Shown in pieces: positions 8,830 through 19,062 of a stretch of 64,000 nt of DNA; positions within the stretch are counted from its first letter, which is position 1, and each line of letters begins with the position of its first letter. Made by a program: the position numbers and the translations under genes. Source of the stretch: an uncultured Haloferula sp. (lineage in GTDB: Bacteria; Verrucomicrobiota; Verrucomicrobiia; Verrucomicrobiales; Akkermansiaceae); contig CBFGTS010000006.1 in NCBI GenBank assembly GCA_965652295.1, forward strand, positions 1 through 64,000. The letters run 5' to 3'. The notes beneath the pieces were generated by a model. The model did not search any database and was not told where the DNA came from. It worked only from the letters and a program-made list of their open reading frames with translations.

Positions 8830-9927
8830 TCAGCGATCCACCCGCGCCGATCCACCGCCGACGAGCTTTTTCACCTCGTCCACGGTTGCCATGGTGGTGT
8901 CGCCCGGCGTGGTCATGGCCAGGGCACCGTGGGCGGCACCGTATTCGACCGCCATCTTGGCGTCGTCGAACTCCATGAATCCATACACCAGGCCGCTCGC
9001 GAACGAGTCACCACCGCCGACGCGGTCGTAGATCTCCAGCTTCGGGCGGTGCGTGGCCTCGTGGAACTCGCCGTCGTGCCAGCAGATCGCGCCCCAATCG
9101 TTGACCGTCGCACTGTGGACGTCGCGCAGGGTCGTCGCCACCACCTGGAAGTTCGGAAAATCCTTCACCGCCCGGCGGATCATGTCCTTGAAGCTGTCCA
9201 CTTGCAGGCCCGTGACGTGCTCGCTGACGCCCTCGACCTCGAAACCGAGCGAAGCGGTGAAGTCCTCTTCGTTGCCGATCATGACATCCACGTATTTCGC
9301 GATCTCGCGATTGACCTCCTGCGCCTTGGCCTGACCGCCGATGCTCTTCCACAGGCTGGGGCGGTAGTTGAGATCGTAGGAAACGATCGTCCCGTATTCC
9401 TTGGCCTTCTTGCAGGCCTCGATGGTGAGCTCGGCGGTGGTTTCCGAGAGCGCGGCGAAAATCCCACCGGTGTGGAACCAGCGGCTGCCCTGCTTGCCGA
9501 ACACATCGTCCCAGTCGATGTCGCCGGGCTTCATCTGCATCGCGGCGGTCAGGCCGCGATCAGGAGTGCCCTTCGCACCGCGCACGCCGAAGCCCTTTTC
9601 GGTGAAGTTGAGCCCGTTGCGGACGTTGCGGCCGAGGCCATCGAAAGGTGCCCACTGGATGAAGCGGGTATCGACGCCGCCCTGCAGGATGAAGTCCTCA
9701 AGCAGGCGGCCCACGTCGTTGTCGGCGAAGGCGGTGACCACGGCGGCGCGCTTGCCGAAGCAGCGGCGCAGACCTCGGGCGACGTTGTATTCACCGCCAC
9801 CTTCCCAGACATCGAAACGGCGTGTCGTGCGGACGCGACCGTCACCGGGATCGAGACGGAGCATGATCTCCCCGAGGGAAATGATATCGAAGGCGACGGA
9901 ATCGGCGGAACGGAGGGTCAATGACAT
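8830..9927 (-). CDS. kdgK: PfkB-family sugar kinase, 2-dehydro-3-deoxygluconokinase-like
   Basis: Motifs GEIMLRL, GGGEYNVA, SYDLNYRPSLW and DRVGGGDSF. Confidence 0.9.
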   Translation of the reverse strand: MSLTLRSADSVAFDIISLGEIMLRLDPGDGRVRTTRRFDVWEGGGEYNVARGLRRCFGKRAAVVTAFADNDVGRLLEDFILQGGVDTRFIQWAPFDGLGRNVRNGLNFTEKGFGVRGAKGTPDRGLTAAMQMKPGDIDWDDVFGKQGSRWFHTGGIFAALSETTAELTIEACKKAKEYGTIVSYDLNYRPSLWKSIGGQAKAQEVNREIAKYVDVMIGNEEDFTASLGFEVEGVSEHVTGLQVDSFKDMIRRAVKDFPNFQVVATTLRDVHSATVNDWGAICWHDGEFHEATHRPKLEIYDRVGGGDSFASGLVYGFMEFDDAKMAVEYGAAHGALAMTTPGDTTMATVDEVKKLVGGGSARVDR

Positions 9928-9987
9928 GGCTTGATGATGGAAGACGGGGTGGAAAAAATCGAGCGGGAGTAGGTTGAATCTGGAAAC

Positions 9988-10968
9988 TCACTCCTCGGCG
10001 CTCGGCACCACGCCGTTGGCGCAGAAAACCGGGCCTTCGCCCTTGAGGAAATTGACGAGGTTGGTGACGGCCTTCATCGCCTGGCGGGGCACGCTTTCAA
10101 AGGTGCGGGAGCCGATGTGAGCGGTCACAAGGGCTTTCGGATGGGAGAGCAGCGGATGATCGGGAGCGGGCGGCTCTTCCTCCATCACGTCGGTGGCATA
10201 GCCGGCCAGCTTGCCCGCCTCCAGGGCCTCAAGCACCGCCGCGGTATCGGCCAGTTCACCACGGCCGGTGTTCACGACGATCGCGTCCGCCGGCATCATG
10301 GCGAGACGCTCGCGGTTGATCATGTGATGCGTCTCCGCCGTCAGTTTGGTGTGCGGGCTGACGATATCGCAGGTGGAAAACAGCGAGTCCAGCGAATCGT
10401 GGCGGGTGACGCCATTCTCCGCGCAGAACGCCTCCGGCCAAAAGTTGCCGTAGCCGTGCACCTCCATGTCGAAACCGCGGGCGCGCTTCACCATCTCCTG
10501 CCCGATCCGACCCATGCCGATGATGCCGATCTTTTTCCGCCACAGTTCGTGCCCGGTCAGGCGCAGCCATTTCCCGCTGCGGGTCGCGTTGACCGTCTCG
10601 ACGAGGTTCCGGTAAAGCGCGAGCATCAGACAGAAGGTGTGCTCGGCCACCGTGGTGTGATTCACGCCCGGAGTGAATAGGACGGGGATGCCGGATTCCT
10701 TGGTCGCAGCGATGTCGATCTTGTCGAGGCCGATGCCGTATTTCGCGATCACCTTCAGGCGCGGCAGGCTTTTCTCGATCACCGCGCGGGTGATTCCGTC
10801 GTCGCCACAGAGGAACCCGTCGAACTCCCCCGCCAACTCCAGCATGCGCTCCTCCGCGAGCGGACCCCGCTCGCGGACAATTTCATAACCTTGTTCCTCC
10901 AGAAACCCATGATGGGGTCCGGGCGTGTCCTGGAAGCTGCACGTGGTGAGAAGAATTCTTGGCGTCAT
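9988..10968 (-). CDS. D-isomer-specific 2-hydroxyacid dehydrogenase (phosphoglycerate dehydrogenase-like)
   Basis: Motifs GIGLDKID, GIIGMGRIG, VNTGRG, DVMEEEP and AHIGS. Confidence 0.9.
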   Translation of the reverse strand: MTPRILLTTCSFQDTPGPHHGFLEEQGYEIVRERGPLAEERMLELAGEFDGFLCGDDGITRAVIEKSLPRLKVIAKYGIGLDKIDIAATKESGIPVLFTPGVNHTTVAEHTFCLMLALYRNLVETVNATRSGKWLRLTGHELWRKKIGIIGMGRIGQEMVKRARGFDMEVHGYGNFWPEAFCAENGVTRHDSLDSLFSTCDIVSPHTKLTAETHHMINRERLAMMPADAIVVNTGRGELADTAAVLEALEAGKLAGYATDVMEEEPPAPDHPLLSHPKALVTAHIGSRTFESVPRQAMKAVTNLVNFLKGEGPVFCANGVVPSAEE

Positions 10969-11109
10969 GGGGCTGGCAGCGATTCCAATGAACCTGAATT
11001 TGTCATACAAGTCGGAAATACGACAGCTCCGGGCCTCACTGACTTCACGCGATTTTCACGCATTGGTCCTTGCCCGGGACGAGATACCTAAGATTAAGTT
11101 CTGGTTAAG

Positions 11110-12105
11110 ATGAAATCGGCACTCCGCATCTATCAGACCTTGCCGGGAGTTCTGGGACTCCTCGCCAGTCTGGCTCTGGTCTCCTGCCAGAGCAGGGATG
11201 CCATGGCCGAGGCGCGGTGGTGGTCGCGGGAAGCCAGGCGGATCGCCGTGGAGAACGAGGTGAAACTCGCGCGTCTGCGGGCCGAAGCCATGGAGACGGA
11301 GGAGAAGGAGTGGACGTCCGCCCGCTCGCGTCTCCGCGTGGCGCAGCAGAAATTGGAATCCCTCACCCAGCTCAAGGCCACTCTGGAAGCCGGAATCCTC
11401 GCTCAGGAGAATACCAATGAGGCGTGGCTGGAAGATCGACTCGCCGCGATCCGTGCGAGTCACAAGGGCAGCTCGGTGGAGTTCATTCAGTCCAACTCCG
11501 GCAAGCATTACCAGGACGTGGAGATCACCCAAGTGAGCGAAGCTGGCGTCGAGTTTCGCCACGCCACTGGTCTCGCCCGCCTGACCGCCCGCCAGCTGAC
11601 GATGGAGCAGCTGCGGGATTTCGGCATCGACGCCGACCGCTCGCGCCAGCTGGTCACCCGCGAACGCCAAACGGCGGCGCTGTATGCCGAAAAGGTCGAG
11701 GAAATGATCGCGTCGACGAACCAAAGGGAAATGGAACTTCGCCTCGAAGCACAAAGGGAGGAGGCCCGTCAGCTGAAAGCCCGCATCGATTTCGGCAACC
11801 GGGAACTCGCCGCCATCAGCACCAGCCCCTTGGCCGAACCTCCACGCCGTCTCAGTAGCAGCCGCCCAAGCACCACTTTCTACACCTACGGACGCCGACG
11901 CTATTCGAGCTGCTACTCCACTTATCGATCCAATCCGTGCCTCACAGACACGATCTATGGAGCCTGCAGCACTCCGGTCTATCCCCTCACCCACCCCAGC
12001 GGCCGCACCTCTGTCGGCCGCTATCGTTATTCCCCCAACATCGGCTGTCGCACACCGCGCGTGACGAGCTCCCGCCCGATCTATCCGGTTTTTTCCCGAT
12101 ACTGA
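11110..12105 (+). CDS. Coiled-coil lipoprotein with a small beta domain and a Tyr/Ser/Arg-rich tail
   Basis: Lipobox LVSC; heptad-rich helices; domain GKHYQDVEITQV..GVEFRHATG. Confidence 0.75.
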   Translation: MKSALRIYQTLPGVLGLLASLALVSCQSRDAMAEARWWSREARRIAVENEVKLARLRAEAMETEEKEWTSARSRLRVAQQKLESLTQLKATLEAGILAQENTNEAWLEDRLAAIRASHKGSSVEFIQSNSGKHYQDVEITQVSEAGVEFRHATGLARLTARQLTMEQLRDFGIDADRSRQLVTRERQTAALYAEKVEEMIASTNQREMELRLEAQREEARQLKARIDFGNRELAAISTSPLAEPPRRLSSSRPSTTFYTYGRRRYSSCYSTYRSNPCLTDTIYGACSTPVYPLTHPSGRTSVGRYRYSPNIGCRTPRVTSSRPIYPVFSRY

Positions 12106-12426
12106 ATGAAGACCATCCCCATGGCCCTCGCGGCCATCACCGCCTGCATCCTCGTTTCCTGCAAGGACGACCCCGAACTTATCGCCAAGCGGGAACAACA
12201 ACGCGCCGAGATCAACAAGCTTGAAGGCGAGCTCTCGCTCCTCGGGGAGAAACTCAAGAACGCACCCACCGACCGCCGTCAGGAGCTGATCCAAACGCAA
12301 ACCAAGGCCCAGCAACTCGAGAAGCAGGTCGCGGAACTCGAAGGCGACATCGCGACCCTTGAAACGCGCAAAAAGACCCTCGAAGACGAACTTCGCGACT
12401 ACCAACGGGAATACCCCCTCCGCTGA
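12106..12426 (+). CDS. Small coiled-coil lipoprotein
   Basis: Lipobox LVSC followed by continuous heptad repeats; abuts the upstream stop codon. Confidence 0.8.
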   Translation: MKTIPMALAAITACILVSCKDDPELIAKREQQRAEINKLEGELSLLGEKLKNAPTDRRQELIQTQTKAQQLEKQVAELEGDIATLETRKKTLEDELRDYQREYPLR

Positions 12427-12474
12427 GCTTCAGTCCTGACCCCCTTCTGTTTCACCCCTTACCTTTTTATTTCC

Positions 12475-13476
12475 GTGGGCAGCACCGATCTTTTTTCCAG
12501 CAGCTACGGCCCGGGCGTCGTAGGCACCTTCATGGCTCTCATCGTTCTCCTCGGTTTCGGAGGACTCTACATGCTCGTGGGCGACAGCTATCTCCAACAA
12601 GGCCCGCCCATCGAAACGGTCATTGCCGAGAATGAAAAGGACATCGCCCAACTGAAGAAGAGCATCGCCGCCAGCACCGATCAGTTGACCCGGATCGACC
12701 AGATCAAGAAAGCCCGCTTCGAGCTTCAACGGCTGGAGGTGAAGACCGCGGAGCTGGACCAGCGCATCCAAGGGCTGATCAGCAAGAAGGAACAGGCCGC
12801 CTCGCAGGTCGCCGCCGCGGAAAGAACCTTCGAACAATACCGGGAACAGTATCGCGAGTCGGCGCGGCTTTCCCTCGTCGACCGCGTGTTCGAGGAGCTG
12901 AGGACCGGTGACGGCAAGGTTTTCCAGAACGCCAAGGTGACCAGCGTCGACCCGGTCCGCATGAACTTCCAGCACGACGATGGCATCGGGAAGGTCAACC
13001 TCGGCGACCTGCCCGCCGACCTCAAAACCTACCTCCAATACTCCGAAGACCGGGCCAAGGAACATCTCGTCGCCGAGCACCAGACCGATGCCAAGCTCGG
13101 CGATGCCGTCAAGATCGCCCAGCAGGAAGACCTCGTGATCAAGCTGGAACGGCAGGCCGCCGAGAAGCGGGCAACCCTTGAGAAGGCCAAAAGCTCCCTC
13201 AACCGCGCCAAGCGCGCAGTGCCGGCACATGAGCGTACGATCCGCGCGAAGCGGATGGAGATTGCCGACGAGCGCGGAAAACGCGGTGTCTCGCGGGTGC
13301 CGGAAATGCGCGAACAGCTCCGGCAAATGGAATCGGATCTGCGCAAGGTCCAGAGGGCCGTCCCCGACCTGTCCCGACAGATCTCCGACCTCACCCGCGA
13401 AATCGGTGAGACCGAAACAGCCATCGGCGAGGCTCGTGCCAAGCTCGCCCGCCTCCACGCCGGCGAAGAGGAATAA
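12475..13476 (+). CDS. Membrane-anchored coiled-coil protein with the shared beta domain
   Basis: N-terminal TM helix; domain GKVFQNAKVTSV..MNFQHDDG; long heptad regions. Confidence 0.8.
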   Translation: MGSTDLFSSSYGPGVVGTFMALIVLLGFGGLYMLVGDSYLQQGPPIETVIAENEKDIAQLKKSIAASTDQLTRIDQIKKARFELQRLEVKTAELDQRIQGLISKKEQAASQVAAAERTFEQYREQYRESARLSLVDRVFEELRTGDGKVFQNAKVTSVDPVRMNFQHDDGIGKVNLGDLPADLKTYLQYSEDRAKEHLVAEHQTDAKLGDAVKIAQQEDLVIKLERQAAEKRATLEKAKSSLNRAKRAVPAHERTIRAKRMEIADERGKRGVSRVPEMREQLRQMESDLRKVQRAVPDLSRQISDLTREIGETETAIGEARAKLARLHAGEEE

Positions 13477-13514
13477 GATTTCCCTTCCGACCTCGTTCCG
13501 ATCTCATCGTCACC

Positions 13515-14441
13515 ATGGGTGAAAGTCACGCCGGCCTTTTCGTTGTCCTCATCGGCATCATCGCCCTCGTTTTCGGCGGAATCGGCATCAGCCTGATGGC
13601 CGAAAACCAGGCGCAGGGCCGGGGACGGGAACAGTCGCTTCATGCCGTGATCGCCGACAACGCGGCCACCATCGCGGACCTCGAACGCTCGGTGCGCTCC
13701 AGCCGGCAACGCGCGGTCGAATACGAGAAGGAGCATCGGCGGATCGAGGAAGACCTGCACCACGAACAGGTCCGCATCGCGAGCCTGACCTTGAAAAGCG
13801 AAGCTCTGGAGAACGAACGGGAGAGCATCGAGCAAGCCATCGCCGACGCGGAAGCCGCTCTCGACCAGGGTCGGCTGGCGGCCCGCGACGCCGCGCGGCA
13901 GCGTCTCGTCGGCGACTTTCTCGGCGAGGTCCGGTTCAGAGGTGCCCGACGTTACACCGGTGTGCGCGTGACAGGTTTTGGCCCCGGCACCATGAGATTT
14001 TCCCACGATGGCGGCGTTTCCTCCATCCCCCTCAGCCAACTTTCCAAAGACCTCAAAAGCCGCATCTTCTGGGACCCCTCGGAAGCCGCCGACGAAGACC
14101 GCCCCGCCACCGCCGAGAGCCGCGACTCACAGCCCTCTTTCCGCCCTTTCCCTCGCAAGACCAAAGCCGCGCCGGATCCCCACCAGGTTTCACAGGCGCA
14201 AGCGCGGTTCACCGCTGCCTTAGCAAGCCGTGAGGAAGTCAAACGCGCCCTTGAGGAAGCCAACTTCCATTTGGACGGACCACGACGCTCCCCCCCCGGT
14301 TCCCTGGAAACCTACGCGGATCGAGTGAACCGCCTGACTCGTTTGTTGCAATCGAAAGAAGCACTTCTCGACCAGTGCCGCACCCAGCTGCGCACGGTCA
14401 GTCCGCACGATCCCCTTCTTTCCGCCAAGCACCGCCCCTGA
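13515..14441 (+). CDS. Membrane-anchored coiled-coil protein with the shared beta domain
   Basis: N-terminal TM helix; domain ARRYTGVRVTGF..MRFSHDGG. Confidence 0.75.
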   Translation: MGESHAGLFVVLIGIIALVFGGIGISLMAENQAQGRGREQSLHAVIADNAATIADLERSVRSSRQRAVEYEKEHRRIEEDLHHEQVRIASLTLKSEALENERESIEQAIADAEAALDQGRLAARDAARQRLVGDFLGEVRFRGARRYTGVRVTGFGPGTMRFSHDGGVSSIPLSQLSKDLKSRIFWDPSEAADEDRPATAESRDSQPSFRPFPRKTKAAPDPHQVSQAQARFTAALASREEVKRALEEANFHLDGPRRSPPGSLETYADRVNRLTRLLQSKEALLDQCRTQLRTVSPHDPLLSAKHRP

Positions 14442-14561
14442 CGCGGTTTTCTCGGCCAGGAACCGCTCCCCATTGCGAAGCGACGTCCCGCTTTCCGGCC
14501 TCGAACTTGCCTATCGGGGATCCGCCGCCCACAAACGGCGCTGCCAATCCCAACATCCTTC

Positions 14562-15494
14562 ATGCGTACCCTGATCACCGGCGGTGCCGGCTTCCTCGGC
14601 TCCCACCTCTGCGAACGACTCCTCAACGAAGGCCACGAGGTCATCTGCCTCGACAACTTCTTCACCGGGCGCAAAGCCAACATCGCTCCCTTTCTCGGCA
14701 ATCCGAATTTCGAACTCGTCCGCCATGACGTCATCGATCCCTTCAAGTTCGAGGTCGACCGCATCTACAACCTCGCCTGCCCCGCCTCGCCGCCCCACTA
14801 CCAGTTCAACCCCATCAAGACCACCAAGACCTCGGTGATGGGGGCCATCAACTGCCTCGGCCTCGCCAAACGCGTCAAAGCCCGCGTTTTCCAGGCGTCC
14901 ACCTCCGAGGTTTACGGCGATCCCGAAATCCACCCGCAGCCCGAGAGCTACCGCGGCTGCGTCAACCCCATCGGCATCCGTTCCTGCTACGACGAGGGAA
15001 AACGCTGCGCCGAGACCCTGTTCTTCGACTACCATCGCGAGCATAAGCTCGAGATCCGTGTCGTCCGCATCTTCAACACCTACGGACCCCGCATGCTGCC
15101 CGACGATGGCCGCGTCGTCTCCAACTTCATCGTCCAGGCCCTCAAGGGTGAAGACCTCACCGTCTATGGCGACGGCACCCAGACTCGCTCGTTCTGCTAC
15201 GTCGACGACCTCATCGAGGGCTTTGTCCGCCTCATGGAGCACCCCACCCTCACCGGACCCGTCAACATCGGCAACCCCGGTGAGTTCACCATGCTCGAAC
15301 TCGCCGAAAAGGTCCTGAAAAAGGTCGGCGGAAAATCCAAGCTCACCTTCCACCCGCTGCCCGGCGACGATCCGATGCAACGCCAGCCCGACATCACCCT
15401 GGCGAAAGCCGAGCTCGGCTGGGAACCCAAGATCAACCTCGACGAAGGTCTCGACCGCACCATCCCCTACTTTGCGCAGCTCCTGGGGAAATAG
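14562..15494 (+). CDS. UDP-glucuronate decarboxylase (UDP-xylose synthase) family SDR
   Basis: Motifs [27 protein letters not shown] and [10 protein letters not shown]. Confidence 0.95.
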   Translation: MRTLITGGAGFLGSHLCERLLNEGHEVICLDNFFTGRKANIAPFLGNPNFELVRHDVIDPFKFEVDRIYNLACPASPPHYQFNPIKTTKTSVMGAINCLGLAKRVKARVFQASTSEVYGDPEIHPQPESYRGCVNPIGIRSCYDEGKRCAETLFFDYHREHKLEIRVVRIFNTYGPRMLPDDGRVVSNFIVQALKGEDLTVYGDGTQTRSFCYVDDLIEGFVRLMEHPTLTGPVNIGNPGEFTMLELAEKVLKKVGGKSKLTFHPLPGDDPMQRQPDITLAKAELGWEPKINLDEGLDRTIPYFAQLLGK

Positions 15495-15500
15495 GCCATC

Positions 15501-15728
15501 CGGAGATCACAAAGAAAGGCAGGATGGGAGGTTTTCAACTCCGTGGCCTCCGTCTTCTTCCGTTGCTCCGTGCCCGGAAGAATGCCTGGCCAACCGGGGA
15601 CCACCTCGCCGCCTTCTGAAAACAACCGGTGAATGGAACTCCACCGACGGTCATCCCCCACCACTTTTTCCTTTCTTCTCGTCACTCCCCACTCCTGCCG
15701 GACGCGCTCCCAACCCCTTCCCGGGCTT
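15501..15728. repeat. Dispersed intergenic repeat, copy A (truncated relative to copy B)
   Basis: Aligns with 25896-26138; shared blocks AGAAAGGCAGGATG, GTGGCCTCCGTCT, CTCCGTGCCCGGAAGAATG, CCAACCGGG, TGAATG, CCGGACGC and CCCGGGCTT. Confidence 0.85.
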
Positions 15729-15796
15729 GGGATACCGGCGACGAAGAGCCGGCTCCACGTGATTGCCAAGCGCTCCGAATTGTCGATTCTAGCGCC

Positions 15797-16594
15797 GTGC
15801 AGACCTCACCCCTCGGCTTCTTCGATTCCGGCATCGGCGGACTCACCGTGGTCCGTGCCGCCCAGGAACTTCTGCCGCACGAGGACATCGTCTATCTCGG
15901 CGACACCGCCCGCGTTCCCTACGGATCGAAAAGCCCGGAGACCATCCGCCAGTTCGCCTGCGAGGACGTCCAATGGCTGCTCACCCACCACGTGAAGGCC
16001 ATCGTGGTCGCCTGCAATACCGCCACCGCCCACGCCCTCCCGCTCCTCAGGGAAACCTTCCGGGTCCCCATCCTCGGGGTCATCGAGTCCGGCGTACAGG
16101 CCACCTTGACCGATCCCGAGACCGACCGCGTCGGCATCATCGCCACCCGCGGCACCATCCGCTCCCACGCCTACCAGCACGCCCTCGCCCAGCGCCGCAC
16201 CGGCCTCATCATCCACGCCCAGCCGGCCCCGCTTCTGGTTCCACTCATCGAGGAAGACTGGCTCGACCACCCCTCCACCCACGCCGCCCTGCACACCTAC
16301 CTCGACCCCATGGTCGAAACCGGCATCGATGCCCTGCTGCTTGCCTGCACCCACTATCCGCTGCTCATCCCCACCCTGCGGAAATTCCTGCCCGACGACA
16401 TCCGGCTCATCGACTCCGCCACCACCTGCGCCGAGCACCTGAAAGCCGAACTCACCCGCCTCGATCTCCTCAACCCGGCCCCGGAGCCCGGCAAGCTCCA
16501 GATCCACCTCACCGACCTCAGCGAGCAGTTTGAAAAGCTCGCCAAACGCTTCCTCGCCCGCCCCACCGGCAAGATCCGCCGCGCGGTCCTTTAG
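15797..16594 (+). CDS. murI: Glutamate racemase
   Basis: Motifs FDSGIGGLTV, DTARVPYG, VACNTA and LACTHYP; GTG start. Confidence 0.97.
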   Translation: MQTSPLGFFDSGIGGLTVVRAAQELLPHEDIVYLGDTARVPYGSKSPETIRQFACEDVQWLLTHHVKAIVVACNTATAHALPLLRETFRVPILGVIESGVQATLTDPETDRVGIIATRGTIRSHAYQHALAQRRTGLIIHAQPAPLLVPLIEEDWLDHPSTHAALHTYLDPMVETGIDALLLACTHYPLLIPTLRKFLPDDIRLIDSATTCAEHLKAELTRLDLLNPAPEPGKLQIHLTDLSEQFEKLAKRFLARPTGKIRRAVL

Positions 16595-16663
16595 TAAAAG
16601 CTCCTCCTCTCAGCACGCTGGCCTGCCGCCAACTTTGCACTTCGATCGCCGCACCCTCCCAAC

Positions 16664-16880
16664 CTAGTATGGTGATCGCGAAATCCCTAGACGAAATGCG
16701 CGAGGGATTTTTCCCAAGATTAAGGCGCGACGAGGGAGCGGATGAACATCCGTGACCGAGGAGAAACACAGAGATGGGGAAAAAGCGCCGCACTCCCGCA
16801 TCCGACCGAGCGAAGCGAGCTGCCTTTTGAAAACTCTCACTCACTCATTTCGTCTAGGGATTTCGCGATCACCACACTAG
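16664..16880. mobile_element. MITE-like non-autonomous element, 217 bp
   Basis: 35-bp terminal inverted repeats (16664-16698 and 16846-16880, one mismatch) starting and ending with CTAG; no coding capacity. Confidence 0.85.
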
Positions 16881-16889
16881 CCTCCGCCC

Positions 16890-17447
16890 ATGTCCGCCGC
16901 CGATCTCAAAGCCATCCTCCTTTCCAAGTCCGTCCGCACCGGCACCTTCACCCTCGCCTCCGGCAAGCAGAGCGACCTCTACATCGACTGTCGCGTCACC
17001 ACCCTCGACCCCGTCGGGGCCACCCTCGTCGGCGAGATCGGCTGGGCCGCCGTGCGCGAGAAAATCCTCCTCGATGGTCTGAAGATCGACGCCATCGGCG
17101 GCATGACCATGGGTGCCGATCCCATCTCGCTGGCTGTCGGCATGGCTTCCGCCCGCGCCCATCCCGAGGAAGCGCTGCAAGTTTTCACCGTCCGCAAAGA
17201 GCCCAAGGGCCACGGCCAGGGCAAACAGATCGAGGGCAACTTCAAGAGCGGCGACACCGTCGTCGTGGTCGATGACGTCATCACCACCGGTGGATCGACC
17301 CTCAAGGCCATCGATGCCATCGAGCGCGAAGGCGGCAAGGTCGCCTTCGCCCTCGTCCTGGTGGACCGCGAGGAAGGCGGCCGCGAAGCCATCGAAGCCC
17401 GCGGCATCCCCGTCGTCTCCCTATTCAGCCGCAGCACGCTGCTGTAA
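16890..17447 (+). CDS. pyrE: Orotate phosphoribosyltransferase
   Basis: Motifs FTLASGKQSDLYID, RKEPKGHG and VVVDDVITTGGS. Confidence 0.97.
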   Translation: MSAADLKAILLSKSVRTGTFTLASGKQSDLYIDCRVTTLDPVGATLVGEIGWAAVREKILLDGLKIDAIGGMTMGADPISLAVGMASARAHPEEALQVFTVRKEPKGHGQGKQIEGNFKSGDTVVVVDDVITTGGSTLKAIDAIEREGGKVAFALVLVDREEGGREAIEARGIPVVSLFSRSTLL

Positions 17448-17474
17448 TCTGGAGCGAGGCCTGCCCCCCACGGC

Positions 17475-18188
17475 TCACGACCCCACCTCGACGTCGAACC
17501 CCGATCCGTCGCACTCCTTGGCGGCATAGGTCAGGATCGCCCAAGCCGCGATCACCGCGGCGATCATCTCAAGGTTCTCCTCGATCGTGTAGAGGATCGC
17601 GACGCCGATCGACTCGACGCCCTGCTCCCCGCTGTGATCGGCCGCCAACATTTCGCAGCCAAGCGCTCCGGCCACATACAAGCCTGAAGCAGCTGCAAGC
17701 AGCCACTGATAACGTCTTCCAAGCGTCAGGAAAAATTTCAGGAAGAACAGGGCGACGGCACCGGCCAGTAGGGCATACGGGATCACCCACGGCCAGGCCA
17801 GCGCCCCCTCGGTTCGAATCCGCTTCATCAACACCCAGTCCACCACCTCATGGATTTGGCAGACTTCATCGACGGCCATCAGGACCATCACGCAGCCCAC
17901 CCCGAACCACCCCCGGCGCTCGATCTCCCGGCTGCCTTCGAGGCGTTTCCAACGACTGACTGCAAAGGCACCCAACCCGCCAAACGCTAACAACAACCCA
18001 TTGAACAAAGTCGGGAGATTCGCCTCACGATCGAAGTTGAATTGGGGCACGATCCCCAGACCGAATTCCACGCCCCTCACATGGAGCAGGTAGATCGACA
18101 CCGCATTGCCCACGTTGAGCAGTAGGATCGCGATCAAGCCGACCGAAAGGAGCCGTCGCCGGCTGAGGACAAGGGGAGCATGGTTCAT
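17475..18188 (-). CDS. Polytopic membrane protein, function unknown
   Basis: About 6 TM segments; conserved-looking motifs FNFDREANLPT, DEVCQIHE and IEENLEM; atypical codon usage. Confidence 0.8.
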   Translation of the reverse strand: MNHAPLVLSRRRLLSVGLIAILLLNVGNAVSIYLLHVRGVEFGLGIVPQFNFDREANLPTLFNGLLLAFGGLGAFAVSRWKRLEGSREIERRGWFGVGCVMVLMAVDEVCQIHEVVDWVLMKRIRTEGALAWPWVIPYALLAGAVALFFLKFFLTLGRRYQWLLAAASGLYVAGALGCEMLAADHSGEQGVESIGVAILYTIEENLEMIAAVIAAWAILTYAAKECDGSGFDVEVGS

Positions 18189-18244
18189 CCCCTTTCTCTC
18201 TACCCGCCCCGGGAGGCCATGACAATGGCAGTCTGCTCCACCTC

Positions 18245-19060
18245 CTACGGTGCGGTGGCGAACGGGCTCGCCGTTTGACGCGTGCGAACCTCTCCCGGCA
18301 TCCACTTCCACGGATCCACTCCCTTTTCACCGAACACCGCCACCCCGATCACGCCGACGTTCCTCGTCTCGCCGTGACGTCGGTTGGCGTAGGAGTCCGC
18401 GACGCTGGAAAATTCGAACCTCGCCACGCTGTCCCAACCGGTCCGCCAGCCCTTCACCTCCAGCGTTTCCCCCGGACCAATGATGTATCCCCGCTTGCGG
18501 AAAGACGCCGGTTTGCCGTCGATCACGTCCAGTCCATCGACACTCAGCACCACCTCGACCCGGCTCCGGCAGGCGTTCTTGACGACAAGCGAGTAGCTGG
18601 ACCCGGCCTTTCCCCGGACAAACAACTCGCCCCCCGAGCGATAGGCCGGCAGGTAACCGAACCGCCCCTTCACCCCCCACTCGATCATCCCGCCCGCTGC
18701 CTGAGTTAGAGCCGCCGTTTTGTAGCGATAGCCCGTCATCGCATCGATACCCGACTGATCATTGTAGTACATCTTTCCCGTGCCGACCGGTGCCTTGTTT
18801 GCCCGGACGAACGACTCCTTCCGCCACTCGTCCCGAACCCTCTCACCAAAGCCCGTCGCCAAGCCCGGCCGCTCCTCCGCCGCCCTGGTTCGGTGCGGGG
18901 CTTCGGAGCGAGCCTCACCCAACGCTGGCACGGCGTGATCCTGTGGCACCACATAGCTGGTGCACGACGCCAACCAAAGAGCCCCCGCTCCCAGCACTAA
19001 GGTCGTTCCAATACCTGCGGTCCGCTTGCGGAAGCCCATCAGCCACGTGTTGCTCTTCAT
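18245..19060 (-). CDS. Hypothetical lipoprotein, divergent from blaI/blaR
   Basis: Lipobox LASC; motifs VVLSVDGLDVIDGKPAS..KRGY and NVGVIGVAVF; C-terminus EVRTRQTASPF. Confidence 0.85.
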   Translation of the reverse strand: MKSNTWLMGFRKRTAGIGTTLVLGAGALWLASCTSYVVPQDHAVPALGEARSEAPHRTRAAEERPGLATGFGERVRDEWRKESFVRANKAPVGTGKMYYNDQSGIDAMTGYRYKTAALTQAAGGMIEWGVKGRFGYLPAYRSGGELFVRGKAGSSYSLVVKNACRSRVEVVLSVDGLDVIDGKPASFRKRGYIIGPGETLEVKGWRTGWDSVARFEFSSVADSYANRRHGETRNVGVIGVAVFGEKGVDPWKWMPGEVRTRQTASPFATAP

Positions 19061-19062
19061 GA

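Noticed and set aside
11088..11112. TAAG repeats upstream of the coiled-coil operon as an operator
   Set aside because: The repeats are short, AT-rich and irregularly spaced, so they cannot be separated from ordinary promoter composition.
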